From an uncultured Candidatus Saccharibacteria bacterium (GTDB lineage: Bacteria; Patescibacteriota; Saccharimonadia; Saccharimonadales; Saccharimonadaceae), in NCBI GenBank assembly GCA_964516075.1, contig CAZEYN010000001.1:1-57384 (forward strand): a DNA stretch of 57,384 nt, read 5' to 3'. How positions within the stretch are numbered: the first letter of the stretch is position 1; each line of letters begins with the position of its first letter. Both the position numbers and the translations under genes were made by a program. Below the pieces are notes generated by a model. It saw only the letters and a program-made list of their open reading frames with translations, did no database searches and was not told where the DNA came from. Below, piece by piece: positions 10,192 to 19,900 of this stretch.

Positions 10192-10468
10192 TATTTTTTA
10201 TTTTTTGGTAGCATAAGCGTTTTCGGGGGGTTGCAATTTTTGATTGAGTGTGATAATTTTTGCGTTGTTTTTTTGGATTGCGATTTTTAGTGGGGTTGAA
10301 GTTTTGATTCTAGTGTGTTAGGTTTGGGGTGTGGTTTGTTAAAAATTTGTTTTCTCGTAGAGCTCGGGGTAGCAGAAGTTCCATCGCTTCTGCGTGGTGG
10401 TGGGGGCTTTACGGATTCTAGATAGGTTGGTTCCCTTTTGGCTCATTTTTGGGCGGAAAGGAGGTGCT

Positions 10469-10552
10469 ATGGATTTGCGATTCAAATTGTTTCGATTTGT
10501 GATTACGATTTCTTTGCATTATCAACGGAAAACAAAAAGAAACCACCGATAG
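10469..10552 (+). CDS. 27-aa peptide, candidate type I toxin (MDLRFKLFRFVITISLHYQRKTKRNHR)
   Basis: Strong GAAAGGAGGTG RBS held in a hairpin; hydrophobic core with a basic tail; convergent antisense unit. Confidence 0.55.
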   Translation: MDLRFKLFRFVITISLHYQRKTKRNHR

Positions 10553-10637
10553 GTGATTTCTAAACCACAACAGAAACTGATTTCCAGAGTCAGTTTCTCT
10601 TATGTTTTATGATATCAATAATCACAATGAATGCCAA
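10529..10637 (-). ncRNA. Candidate antisense antitoxin RNA with its promoter
   Basis: Minus-strand TTGGCA-N17-TATCAT, hairpin at 10572-10598, then terminator AGAAATCACC/GGTGGTTTCT plus a U-rich run overlapping the 3' end of the peptide ORF. Confidence 0.5.
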
Positions 10638-10638
10638 T

Positions 10639-10665
10639 AAAAATCCCCCTTATGGGGGGATTTTT
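10639..10665. terminator. Bidirectional intrinsic terminator after rplU
   Basis: aaaaatccccct-tat-ggggggattttt. Confidence 0.8.
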
Positions 10666-10972
10666 AACCGATTTTAGTGATTTCTATTTCGGAATATTTT
10701 TGGCGATGGCCAGTTTCTTTGTGGACGCGTTTTTTGGCTTTGTAGCGGATTACGCGAATTTTATCGCCTTTGACCTCTGGCGTGACTACTTTTGCTGAAA
10801 CCTTCACGCCTTTGACCGTTGGATTGCCGACAGTTGTTTTGCCGCCATCGATAAGGAGTAAAGCGTCAGTTTCGAGCTCTTTAGTGCCTGCTGGGAGGAG
10901 GTCCACCCATAGGGTCTCTTTTTCGGCAACGAGATATTGTTTCCCGCCGACGAGAATGACTGCTTTTTTCAT
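10664..10972 (-). CDS. rplU: 50S ribosomal protein L21
   Basis: GGKQYLV...KAKKRVHKETGHRQ. Confidence 0.96.
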   Translation of the reverse strand: MKKAVILVGGKQYLVAEKETLWVDLLPAGTKELETDALLLIDGGKTTVGNPTVKGVKVSAKVVTPEVKGDKIRVIRYKAKKRVHKETGHRQKYSEIEITKIG

Positions 10973-10994
10973 ATAAATCCTTTTGTTATTTCTA

Positions 10995-11918
10995 TTATTG
11001 TATCATATTATCTGGATTTTGGGAAGAGTCATCTTTGGGTTCTTCCTCGGTTTTGCCGGCAACGTCTTGTTCAACCGTCTTTAGGGTCTTTTTGGTGCGA
11101 TAAAAGTAATATCCGCCGCCACCAATTAACAAGACGATAACAATCGCTAGAATAATTTCTACTGGGCCAGTATCCGGCAAAGATTGACAGCCTTCCATTT
11201 CTGGGTTGGTGGCGCAATCTGGATTGGTTGGGGTGGGCTCAGCTTTGTCGTCGGCTTTGAGCTCGTAAGTGACACGACCGGAATATTCTGCGCATCCATA
11301 AACTACACCATTCAAAGAGTCTACGCCAAGATATGCACCATTGTCGGAAAAGAGATTCTCGGCAACAAGAATCATGTCATTGGTTGCCCAAGAGTTATGG
11401 ATAGTGGCAGAATTGGCGACATAGTTTAGTGTGACGTCTTCGTTGGAAATGAGTTTGAGTTCATCCCAAACAGAGGCCGGCGTGGTATTGGCGCCAGTAA
11501 TTGTAGCATTGACGTAGCCGGTTTCGGACGGGGTAACTTTATAGGTGAAGTGCGTGCTCAATTTGACACTGGTAGCAACGCCGACACCAGATTCGTTGGT
11601 GTTAGAAGCGGCGTCGTTGTGATAATAAATATACACCTCGTAGGTCTTCCCTGGTTCGACTAAGAAACCGCTATCATCGGTGTTGGCGGTATAATCATTG
11701 CCGGAATCTTTTTCGCGGATGCGAACAAATTCACGCTCATCGCCCACGGCGGCATTATTGGTAATAGAGTTGAACGTGGCGCTTGGTGCTGGGTTTTCGT
11801 TGGTGTAAGTAGTGCGCTCTGGACCCCAAGCAAAAGCGGAACTTGGGATGACGGCAGTAGCCGAAATCGTCAAAAGGGCGGCGATAAGATTTTTGATATT
11901 TTTGCGGTGGCGTCTCAT
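10995..11918 (-). CDS. Secreted surface protein with LPxTG-like C-terminal sorting signal
   Basis: Signal peptide ending SAFA-W, AWGPER...FNSITNN domain, LPDTG plus TM plus basic residues; ATGA overlap with the upstream stop. Confidence 0.8.
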   Translation of the reverse strand: MRRHRKNIKNLIAALLTISATAVIPSSAFAWGPERTTYTNENPAPSATFNSITNNAAVGDEREFVRIREKDSGNDYTANTDDSGFLVEPGKTYEVYIYYHNDAASNTNESGVGVATSVKLSTHFTYKVTPSETGYVNATITGANTTPASVWDELKLISNEDVTLNYVANSATIHNSWATNDMILVAENLFSDNGAYLGVDSLNGVVYGCAEYSGRVTYELKADDKAEPTPTNPDCATNPEMEGCQSLPDTGPVEIILAIVIVLLIGGGGYYFYRTKKTLKTVEQDVAGKTEEEPKDDSSQNPDNMIQ

Positions 11919-14900
11919 TGTTGTGACTGTCCTTTCTGGAACTGATCCCAAAGTTGTTCAGTTCCCATTTTATTAATTTCATCTTGGCTGGCAGCAGCAG
12001 CGGCGGCAGCTTTGGCATCCGCGGCAGCCTTTTCGGCGCGCGCTGCGCTTTCGTTAGTGTAAACTGTATGACTAGAGATATTGTTACTATTGACCTCATG
12101 AGACGAGTTGGACAAATCTGACGCCGGGGTTTGGACGTATTCTTTAGCAACACCCTCTCCGGCGTTTTTGATTTGCTCCTCTGGGTTTTTTGGAGTGAGT
12201 GGCTCTGGTTCTGGCTGCGGCTCTGGAGACGGCTCTGGAGATGGGGTGACATTGTTCGATTGCCCACCGGAGTAATTACTGGAGCGTGTGATGCATTTTT
12301 GCTCGCAGCCTGGCATGTCACCGACTTTACCTTCTAAGACACCATATTTTCTGCACCACCAACCGTCGTTGCCAATGTCGTAAACTTTTTCGCCGTTTAC
12401 TTCGTGATATGAATATATGGCAGTTTTGGCGACCGAAGCACCGGCAGTATCGAATTGGCGGTCGGCGTTGGCGTAAGTCGAAAGTCTATCCGTGATAGTG
12501 GTAACCTCGAAATCTGCGCCTTGTAATTGAGTTTCCATTTCGTTAATGGTAGCATTAGCAACTTTGTCCCAATAATCAGCATTTTCTGGTAGCTTAATTT
12601 TTTCGATGAACACATTTAGATCTTCTTCAGAATCGATAACGCCATCCGAAATTCCCCATTCGACAAGTTTGCTAGACGAAATGCCGATATCGGATAATCT
12701 ATCTGGTTCCAAAATGCCGTAGTTTGAAGCATTTTGACCCAACATATATGGATTGGTGCCGGTGCGGACGAGCATTTGTTTGACGTAGCTGGTTTTTTCA
12801 GCAGCACTCATGATGCCGTCGCCATCGGCATCCCAGACAATAGGCGTACCAAGATATGTGTCGCTGCCCTTAAAAGCAGTATTTTCGAAGGAATCGAATT
12901 CTGCATGATAGCCACCTTTGACGTCTAAATCGTGAATGGTTTCGCCGTTTGCTAAGACTAAATCGCTCTGCCCGTCATCAATATCGTTAACTGTAAATAC
13001 AGATGGCAAGCGATCAGACTGAGAGGTTTCTATGCCGTTGAAAATTTCACTTAAATTACTAATAGTTTCGTTGTTGGCATTGACGGCGAACTGACTGATG
13101 CGCTCGTTGGTAGTTTCGTTGATGGCAGTAAAAGCGAAAGCGGAACTTTCTGTAGAAGCTGAAATAGTAGTGCTTAAGTCTGCATCTTTACCAAAGGTGG
13201 TGGCATACGAAATCATGGTATTGCCATCCATCTCGCCGACACGAACCGTACCGATAAATTGCGCGACGCCACCAGAGCCAACATTGCTGGTATCTACCAC
13301 ATCCGCAGGAATAACGGCTTTACCGTCTTTGATAGCAAATTCAAGAGCCTGGCCGGAACCTTCGCCATCTAAGTCGATGTACAGTTTGGCGCCGTTTGGA
13401 ATCTCCTGACCGTTAATACCCCAAACCGGGACTTCGTAATTATCCATGCCGTCAGATTGCTCGACTACTGGAGTGCCGAAACCGACCCTGGTTTCGCTGC
13501 GGCTCCAATCAACACCGCCGGAATCATCAACGGAGTTTTCGGAATTATTGAGGTATTCCGAGACGGAAATTTCGTTATATTTTGCGTTGGAGATTGATTC
13601 GCGATTTAATTCGATGTTGTATTTTTTGTCCAACTCTGTTTTGAGACTTTCGTAATCGTCTTTATTGGTAAGGTCGATACCGGCTTTTTCGCCTTTGCCA
13701 CGAAGATAATGGTCGGCATCAATATGGCCATCATGGTCAGTATCGAAACCAACGGCGACGCCACCATCAGGATCATTTTCGATAACGAGTGGCTCATTGG
13801 ACAAGCGGAGATTTTCGCCGGAAATTTCGGAGACAGAGTCACTGGCAGAAATATTGCCGATAAAAAGGCCCTTGGCGTCGCTAATAATATCGTCGTGATG
13901 AATCGCAAAACTGATAGCGCCAGATACGCCAGCGGCGATAAGGCCGCCTTTAATCGCTTCACGGCGACGCTCAGACTTTTGTGCTTCTTCGGTGTTTTCT
14001 ACGTCCCCGATTATATCTTTTATAGACTCGTTGTCTGCTATTTCCCCTTCGATAGCAGCATTTGTAGCGTCAATTCCTTCACTGTCAACCATGGCCTGCT
14101 TAAGGCTGTTAAGAGATCTGAAAAATTTCGCTTTATTTTTTTCCATCTCGCCACGTGGGCCAAAACTGATCAACTGAATACCTTTTTCGTTTTGTAATTT
14201 ATTCAGAGTTCGGTATTTAGCAATTAACTCTGCGGCATTTTCAAATCTATCTTCACCTTCTATGATTTTGCCAGTTTCTTTGTCGATGTTTTCGTTCATC
14301 CAATCTGTCAAATCATTAAAACCGTAAACTTTGTATTTATTTTGAGCTTCTCGGTTCTCTACAGTTTTCCCCGTTAAAGCATCTTTGATGTTTTCGCGAC
14401 CTTGGCGATTTTTAACCGACATATGAGCCTTGTAGGCACCCAAGCCGCCAGCGATTGTCGCCTTGACAACAGTAGCGGCAAGCCCAGTCCCAACAGTTGA
14501 ATTAACAGCATTACTCTTAGCCATGCCAAATAGCGAACCAGCAAGTGAAACTGTCGAGCCAATAATAAGGCCGTGCTCAATGGTAGCCTTGTCTTTAAGA
14601 CTAGCGTAAGTTTCTTTGGCAGCGATACCAGCTTGGACATCCGCGGAGGTGATTGACACGTATTTGTCTAGGTATTTATCAATAGCTTTAATGGCAATAT
14701 CGTAAGATTCTGTACCCTCATTAGCAAGCTCTGTCTTGAGTGAGCCCTGTAAATCATGTTGTAGTTGCGTAGCGATTTCTCCAAAGTTATCTGTGGAAAG
14801 GCCAGATTTTTGGTTTTTAATTTCTTTGATTTTGCTTAGCATATTTTCGCGTTGTTCCCTGGTAGATTTGGCATCCTCGCTCCCGGCTACAGTGGCGGCA

Positions 14901-15673
14901 TACTCGCCGAAAATTTTGCGAATTTGCTCATCGGCCGTGAGATTCTCTGCTGTTTCGTTGCGAACTTCGCTAAAATTTTTACCACTAGCTTCTCTGATAT
15001 TTTGGACACCAGTATCTTCGTTGAGGTCGCCAGATTCGGCGGCGTTTTGAACGCGACTATACATGCCCCGCCGTTCATCGTAGCTAGATAGGTTCTCTTT
15101 GACTTTTTCGATTATAGATTCATCGCTTAGACTTTTGTCGTTTTTAACTTCATCTATAGCAAGACCGGCCGCAGATAAAGCGCCTGTTTCTTCGATAGCT
15201 TCTTTGGCAATTTTATTATAACGATGAAGCTGTTCGGTGCGCTTTTTGGTATTTTTAATGGAAGCCGGCAACGAGACAACGCCCTTAGCCAAAGCATAGC
15301 CAAGATTGATGATTGGAACTTTCGAAAGTGCTTGATCGATTTGATGAAGACGCTTGCCGTCAAGGTATTCTTGAAATTCCTCTGGGGTTTTTGGCTCGTC
15401 TGGGTGAGCCTTGTTATATTTGTCTAGTTTTTGGTCGAAACTTTTTTGTTTCTGCTCCTCATCCCAATTTTCGATAGCGTCCATTGCGTAGCCACCGGCC
15501 ACTTTTTTAATGTCTTCCTTGGAAATGTCAGCATTATAAACCCCGTAAACTTTGTTGCCGCGCTGGCGTAAATTATCTAATTCTTCTAAAAGTTCAGCGC
15601 CATCAGAATCTGTATTGTTATTTTTGACTGCGTCACCTTCGAGCTTTTTGACTAAAAAATCTTCAGCGTTCAT
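11915..15673 (-). CDS. Large 1252-aa hypothetical membrane-associated protein
   Basis: Charged helical N-half, Gly/Ala-rich hydrophobic segments, acidic C-half with DxDxDG motifs, PEP linker. Confidence 0.8.
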   Translation of the reverse strand: MNAEDFLVKKLEGDAVKNNNTDSDGAELLEELDNLRQRGNKVYGVYNADISKEDIKKVAGGYAMDAIENWDEEQKQKSFDQKLDKYNKAHPDEPKTPEEFQEYLDGKRLHQIDQALSKVPIINLGYALAKGVVSLPASIKNTKKRTEQLHRYNKIAKEAIEETGALSAAGLAIDEVKNDKSLSDESIIEKVKENLSSYDERRGMYSRVQNAAESGDLNEDTGVQNIREASGKNFSEVRNETAENLTADEQIRKIFGEYAATVAGSEDAKSTREQRENMLSKIKEIKNQKSGLSTDNFGEIATQLQHDLQGSLKTELANEGTESYDIAIKAIDKYLDKYVSITSADVQAGIAAKETYASLKDKATIEHGLIIGSTVSLAGSLFGMAKSNAVNSTVGTGLAATVVKATIAGGLGAYKAHMSVKNRQGRENIKDALTGKTVENREAQNKYKVYGFNDLTDWMNENIDKETGKIIEGEDRFENAAELIAKYRTLNKLQNEKGIQLISFGPRGEMEKNKAKFFRSLNSLKQAMVDSEGIDATNAAIEGEIADNESIKDIIGDVENTEEAQKSERRREAIKGGLIAAGVSGAISFAIHHDDIISDAKGLFIGNISASDSVSEISGENLRLSNEPLVIENDPDGGVAVGFDTDHDGHIDADHYLRGKGEKAGIDLTNKDDYESLKTELDKKYNIELNRESISNAKYNEISVSEYLNNSENSVDDSGGVDWSRSETRVGFGTPVVEQSDGMDNYEVPVWGINGQEIPNGAKLYIDLDGEGSGQALEFAIKDGKAVIPADVVDTSNVGSGGVAQFIGTVRVGEMDGNTMISYATTFGKDADLSTTISASTESSAFAFTAINETTNERISQFAVNANNETISNLSEIFNGIETSQSDRLPSVFTVNDIDDGQSDLVLANGETIHDLDVKGGYHAEFDSFENTAFKGSDTYLGTPIVWDADGDGIMSAAEKTSYVKQMLVRTGTNPYMLGQNASNYGILEPDRLSDIGISSSKLVEWGISDGVIDSEEDLNVFIEKIKLPENADYWDKVANATINEMETQLQGADFEVTTITDRLSTYANADRQFDTAGASVAKTAIYSYHEVNGEKVYDIGNDGWWCRKYGVLEGKVGDMPGCEQKCITRSSNYSGGQSNNVTPSPEPSPEPQPEPEPLTPKNPEEQIKNAGEGVAKEYVQTPASDLSNSSHEVNSNNISSHTVYTNESAARAEKAAADAKAAAAAAASQDEINKMGTEQLWDQFQKGQSQQ

Positions 15674-16081
15674 TTATGCCTCCTGTTCGGTGTCGGCGTC
15701 AAGATAAACTTCGCGGAATTTTGCCATGGCTTCTATGGAGACCGCGCTAGCATCGACACCGGAACTTTGAATCAATTGTGCAACGGCTTCCGGTGTGGCG
15801 GTGTTGTTTTCTATCATCGTGTCAAGCTCGTCTAATTTTTCTTTTGGTAAATTTTCTAAAACGGCGCGATTGATAAAATCATTGATGCGCTCGATAAGGT
15901 CTTGAACCATGTCTTTTTCAGTGGCTTCGTCCATTTCGCCGAGATTTTTTTCAACTAAGAGTCCTTCGGCAAAGCTGGCAATGACCTCTTCATTAGACAT
16001 GTTGGAGAACTGGTCGTCTGCTTGCGGCTGAGTTTGTGGCTGAGCCTGTGGTTGATTTTGAGCTTGATAATTGTCGTCCAT
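15674..16081 (-). CDS. Acidic helical protein, DUF5663-like (CPR)
   Basis: MDDNYQAQ start with AAAGGTG RBS; LIERINDFINRAVLENLP...FREVYL pattern. Confidence 0.65.
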   Translation of the reverse strand: MDDNYQAQNQPQAQPQTQPQADDQFSNMSNEEVIASFAEGLLVEKNLGEMDEATEKDMVQDLIERINDFINRAVLENLPKEKLDELDTMIENNTATPEAVAQLIQSSGVDASAVSIEAMAKFREVYLDADTEQEA

Positions 16082-16201
16082 GATACTGAGCACCTTTCTT
16101 TTTATGACCTTATTTGTTTCTATGATAGCATAAGCGAGAAGAAAATGCAAAGATGTTATGCTTATCGTGTTAAGTGTTAAGTGTGGCTTTATCAGGACTT
16201 C

Positions 16202-16229
16202 AAAAAAACCGAACACGATGTTCGGTTTT
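16202..16229 (-). terminator. Intrinsic terminator
   Basis: aaaaaaaccgaaca-cga-tgttcggtttt. Confidence 0.75.
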
Positions 16230-16243
16230 AGTGTAATTTATGG

Positions 16244-16366
16244 TTAGCATAATATGCCGATTAATAGAATCAACAGCTCGTAAAAGATTTGGAAATTGCT
16301 AAGTCTTATGGGGTTGTAATTTACATTGGCGATCCTCCAGGTTAAAGTTGATATTTTTTCTTTCAT
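16244..16366 (-). CDS. 40-aa peptide with C-terminal hydrophobic segment
   Basis: MKEKISTLTWRIANVNYNPIRLSNFQIFYELLILLIGILC; AAAGGA upstream; lies between the 81-aa ORF and the terminator. Confidence 0.45.
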   Translation of the reverse strand: MKEKISTLTWRIANVNYNPIRLSNFQIFYELLILLIGILC

Positions 16367-16404
16367 CTTATAGTTTGTTCCTTTCTGTTTTTGCTTTTTC
16401 TGCT

Positions 16405-16650
16405 TTAGGATGCGAGTTTGCTATCCATACTGAAAAGTTTTATACTACTTAATTTTAATTTTTCCTCCAAGGATTTTATCTTTTGGATGTTTTCTTTGCT
16501 TACTTCCGTTGGTGAAATGTATTCCTTTTCTTGATCTTCATTGCCGTAGGTGGCGTAGTCTACGTCGATGTCGTCATGCCAGTCTTCGTTTTGTTCTTCT
16601 GGTATCGTAAAAGTTGATGTTGTTTTGGTTTTTATTGTTTTTTCCGCCAT
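16405..16650 (-). CDS. Small acidic hypothetical protein
   Basis: AAGGAG RBS; upstream TTGACA-N17-TACAAT promoter at about 16733-16761. Confidence 0.6.
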   Translation of the reverse strand: MAEKTIKTKTTSTFTIPEEQNEDWHDDIDVDYATYGNEDQEKEYISPTEVSKENIQKIKSLEEKLKLSSIKLFSMDSKLAS

Positions 16651-16887
16651 TTTAGCTCCTTTTTTGTTTTTATTTTTGTTTGTTAGATTTTTTGTTTGTT
16701 AGATTTTTTGTTTTATTTTCTAACTTGTTTTTATTGTAGCACACGTTGGCGAAAATGTCAATAGAGTTTATGCTTATTTTTTTGGGTTTTGTCAAATTAA
16801 CAGGGGCAATTGCATTTTTGAATAATCTTATTATCTATTTTGATAGTGTTTTTTTGATTTGTATACTTTTTAATGTATATTCTTGAC

Positions 16888-16931
16888 GACACCGAGAAAA
16901 CTGCCCCAAGGGGCAGTTTTTCCCGGCTGTC
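16888..16931. terminator. Long hairpin / bidirectional terminator downstream of ileS
   Basis: gaaaactgcccc-aa-ggggcagttttt with extended flanking pairing. Confidence 0.7.
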
Positions 16932-16996
16932 CAGCGTATGACATTAAAAAGTAGACAAGTTCGACTATCAAAATAGATGATAAAATTATCCGTAGA

Positions 16997-19900
16997 TTAG
17001 ATTTTTTCTAACGAGATGGTGATGTTTTGGTTACCGATTTTGGCTGTTTCTTCGTGGGTGAAGTTTTGGTTTTTTGTGATTTCGGTGGCTAGGACTTCGG
17101 TTTTGACTAATTCTGTGAATTCACTTGGTGGGAGTTCGGAAAGTGAAAGTTTGATGCGGTTGTCCATTGAGAGCCCGGCGTGCTTGCGAGCAGATTGGAT
17201 GGCGCGGATGTAGTCGCGGGCTAGGCCTTCCCTCTTTAATTCCTCGGTGAGGATTTTGTCGAGTTTGAGTTCTTTGCCATTTTCAATCTTTTTGACGTTG
17301 ACTTCTTCGGCGATGATTTGCTCGTAGAAATCGTCTAGCTTTTCGCCACCATAAGTTAGGCTGGCTAGTGGTTGACGGACTTTGATTTGATCTTCGGTTT
17401 CAGACTTTTGCATACGAAGGGCTAAGGCATCGGTGATGATTTTGCGTGTGCGCGCCATGTCTTCTAGAACTGCGGTGTCGATAACGCCGGCTTGTGGCCA
17501 ATCTAACAGATGAACAGAATCTGTGGTGCCGGTGATTTTTTGGTATAATTCCTCGGATAAGAATGGCGTGAATGGTGCGAGTAGTTTGGCAAGATAGACC
17601 AAGACGTAATATAGAGTGGCGAAGGCGGATTTTTTATCTTCCTGATCTTCGTTTTTAGAGAAACGGCGGCGCGAGCGACGGACAAACCAGTTGCTTAAAT
17701 CGTCTATGAATGGAAGGACGTTTTCTAGAGCTTTTGGAATGTTGTATTCTTCCATTCCCTCTGTTATTTCATCTCGGAGTTGGTAGATTCGAGAGATAAT
17801 CCATGTATCCAATAAATTATTGCAGGGGCGGGTCCTGCCGCCACATTTATTCCCATAAAAATTTGCAGGCAAATTCTTTGTGAGGTCTCCTAATGTAGCG
17901 TCACCCGTCTCGGATGACGATTTAGTATGCGGCAAATCTTCTTCGCTCTCGAAATCTTCTGAGCTTAGATTTTCGATTTCTGCATACGTAGTAAAGAAGT
18001 CGTAGACATTCCAAACCATGGCTAATTTGCGATTCACATCGGAGACGTCTTTATCTAGGAGGGCGAAATCTTCACCAGAACAGACTGGGCTAGAGAGTAA
18101 GAGGAAGCGCAATGCGTCGGCGGAATATTGGTCCATAAGTTCGTTTGGATCGGTGTAGTTGCCGAGGGATTTGCTCATTTTGCGGCCATCGTTGCCGGCT
18201 AGGGTGCCGGTGGTGATGACGTTTTTGTAGGCGTTTTTGGCGCCAGATTTGGCTTTTTCGCCGAAGGCACCGATTTCGGCAAGTGCGGTGTTGACGGCGT
18301 GGACGTAGTAGAACCATGCGCGAACTTGACCGACGTATTCAACGATGAAGTCGGCTGGGTAATTTTGCTCGAATTTTTCTTTATTTTCGAATGGATAATG
18401 AAGTTGAGCAAACGGCATGGAGCCAGATTCGAACCAGCAGTCTAGGACCTTTTCGATACGTTTGAAGTGTTCGCCGTTGAAATCGAATTCAATTTGGTCG
18501 ACCCATGGGCGGTGATAATCTTCTAATTCTACTCCTGATAATTCCTTTAATTCCTGATAAGAGCCGACGACTTTAACGGTGCCCTGCTCGCTTTTCCAAA
18601 CTGGCATGGCGGTGGCCCAAAAACGATCGCGCGAAAGATTCCAGTCTGGGGCGGCTTCGATGTTTTTGGCAAAACGGCCATGCTTGAGATACTCTGGGAA
18701 CCAGTTGATGTTTTCGTTTTCGGCGAGCATGAGTGGTTTTTGATTTTCAATATCAAAGAACCAGCTTGGGAAGGCGCGATACATAATGCGTTCTTTGGAA
18801 CGCGGATTAAACGGATATTCGTGTTGGATATAATCAATTTTGTAGATAATTCCCTTTTCTTCTAGGACTTTGGCGATGAATTTGCTGCCGGCCCAAATTT
18901 GAATGCCGTTTTCGTCGGTGTTTCTGACGCCTAAATTATTTAATTCTTGCTGCATTTCTGGCAAATAGTAGCCGTTTTCATCTATACAATCTACAAAATC
19001 TACTTCGTACTGATTGGCTAAATCGTAATCGTTTTCGCCGTAGGCTGGGGCGCAGTGAACGATGCCGGTGCCATCCTCGGACGAGACGAAATCGGCTGCG
19101 AGGACAGTGTAGGTATCTTGACGTTTAACGGTGCCCTTGTCACCACGTAAGCCTAAATCAAAAAGTCCATCGGCGCAATTAATGATTGGCTGATAAGATT
19201 CACCAACCAAGGCTTGACCTTTGAAGGCTTTTTCCGGTTTTTTGTCTTTGAATAAAATTTTTGCACGCTCGACGGCAAGGATGAACTTTTCGCCATCGAC
19301 ATCGTAAACGCCGTATTCTAAACTTGGATTGACGGCAAGACACATATTTGCTGGGAGCGTCCACGGCGTGGTGGTCCAAGCCAAGAGATAAGTGCCGTCT
19401 TCCATCTGAAATTTAACGTAAGCGCTAGGGTCGGTGACGGTTTGGTAAGCATCATTGTCCATGGTGACTTCGGCTTTGGAAACAGGGGTAGCAAATTTAG
19501 TATCATACATCAAAACTTTACGGCCTTCGTAAATTTTGCCGGCGTCGTAAAGTTGTTTAAAGGCCCACCAGACAGATTCCATAAAATCTTTATTCATGGT
19601 GCGATAGCAGTTATCAAAATCAACCCAGCGGCCAGCTCTATCGATGGTGCCACGCCAAGTTTCGGAATTGGCAACCATAGATTCGCGAGCTTTGATGATG
19701 TAATCTTCAAGAGACCATTTAGTGCCAATGTCGCGACGGTCGGTGATACCGAGTTGTTTTTCGACGTAGTTCTCTGCTGGTAAACCGTGGCAGTCCCAAC
19801 CCCAACGACGCTCGACGCGCTTGCCGTTCATGGTCCAAAAACGCGGAACAGCATCTTTGACGATGGAGCTTAAAAGTGTGCCGTGATGTGGAAGGCCAGT

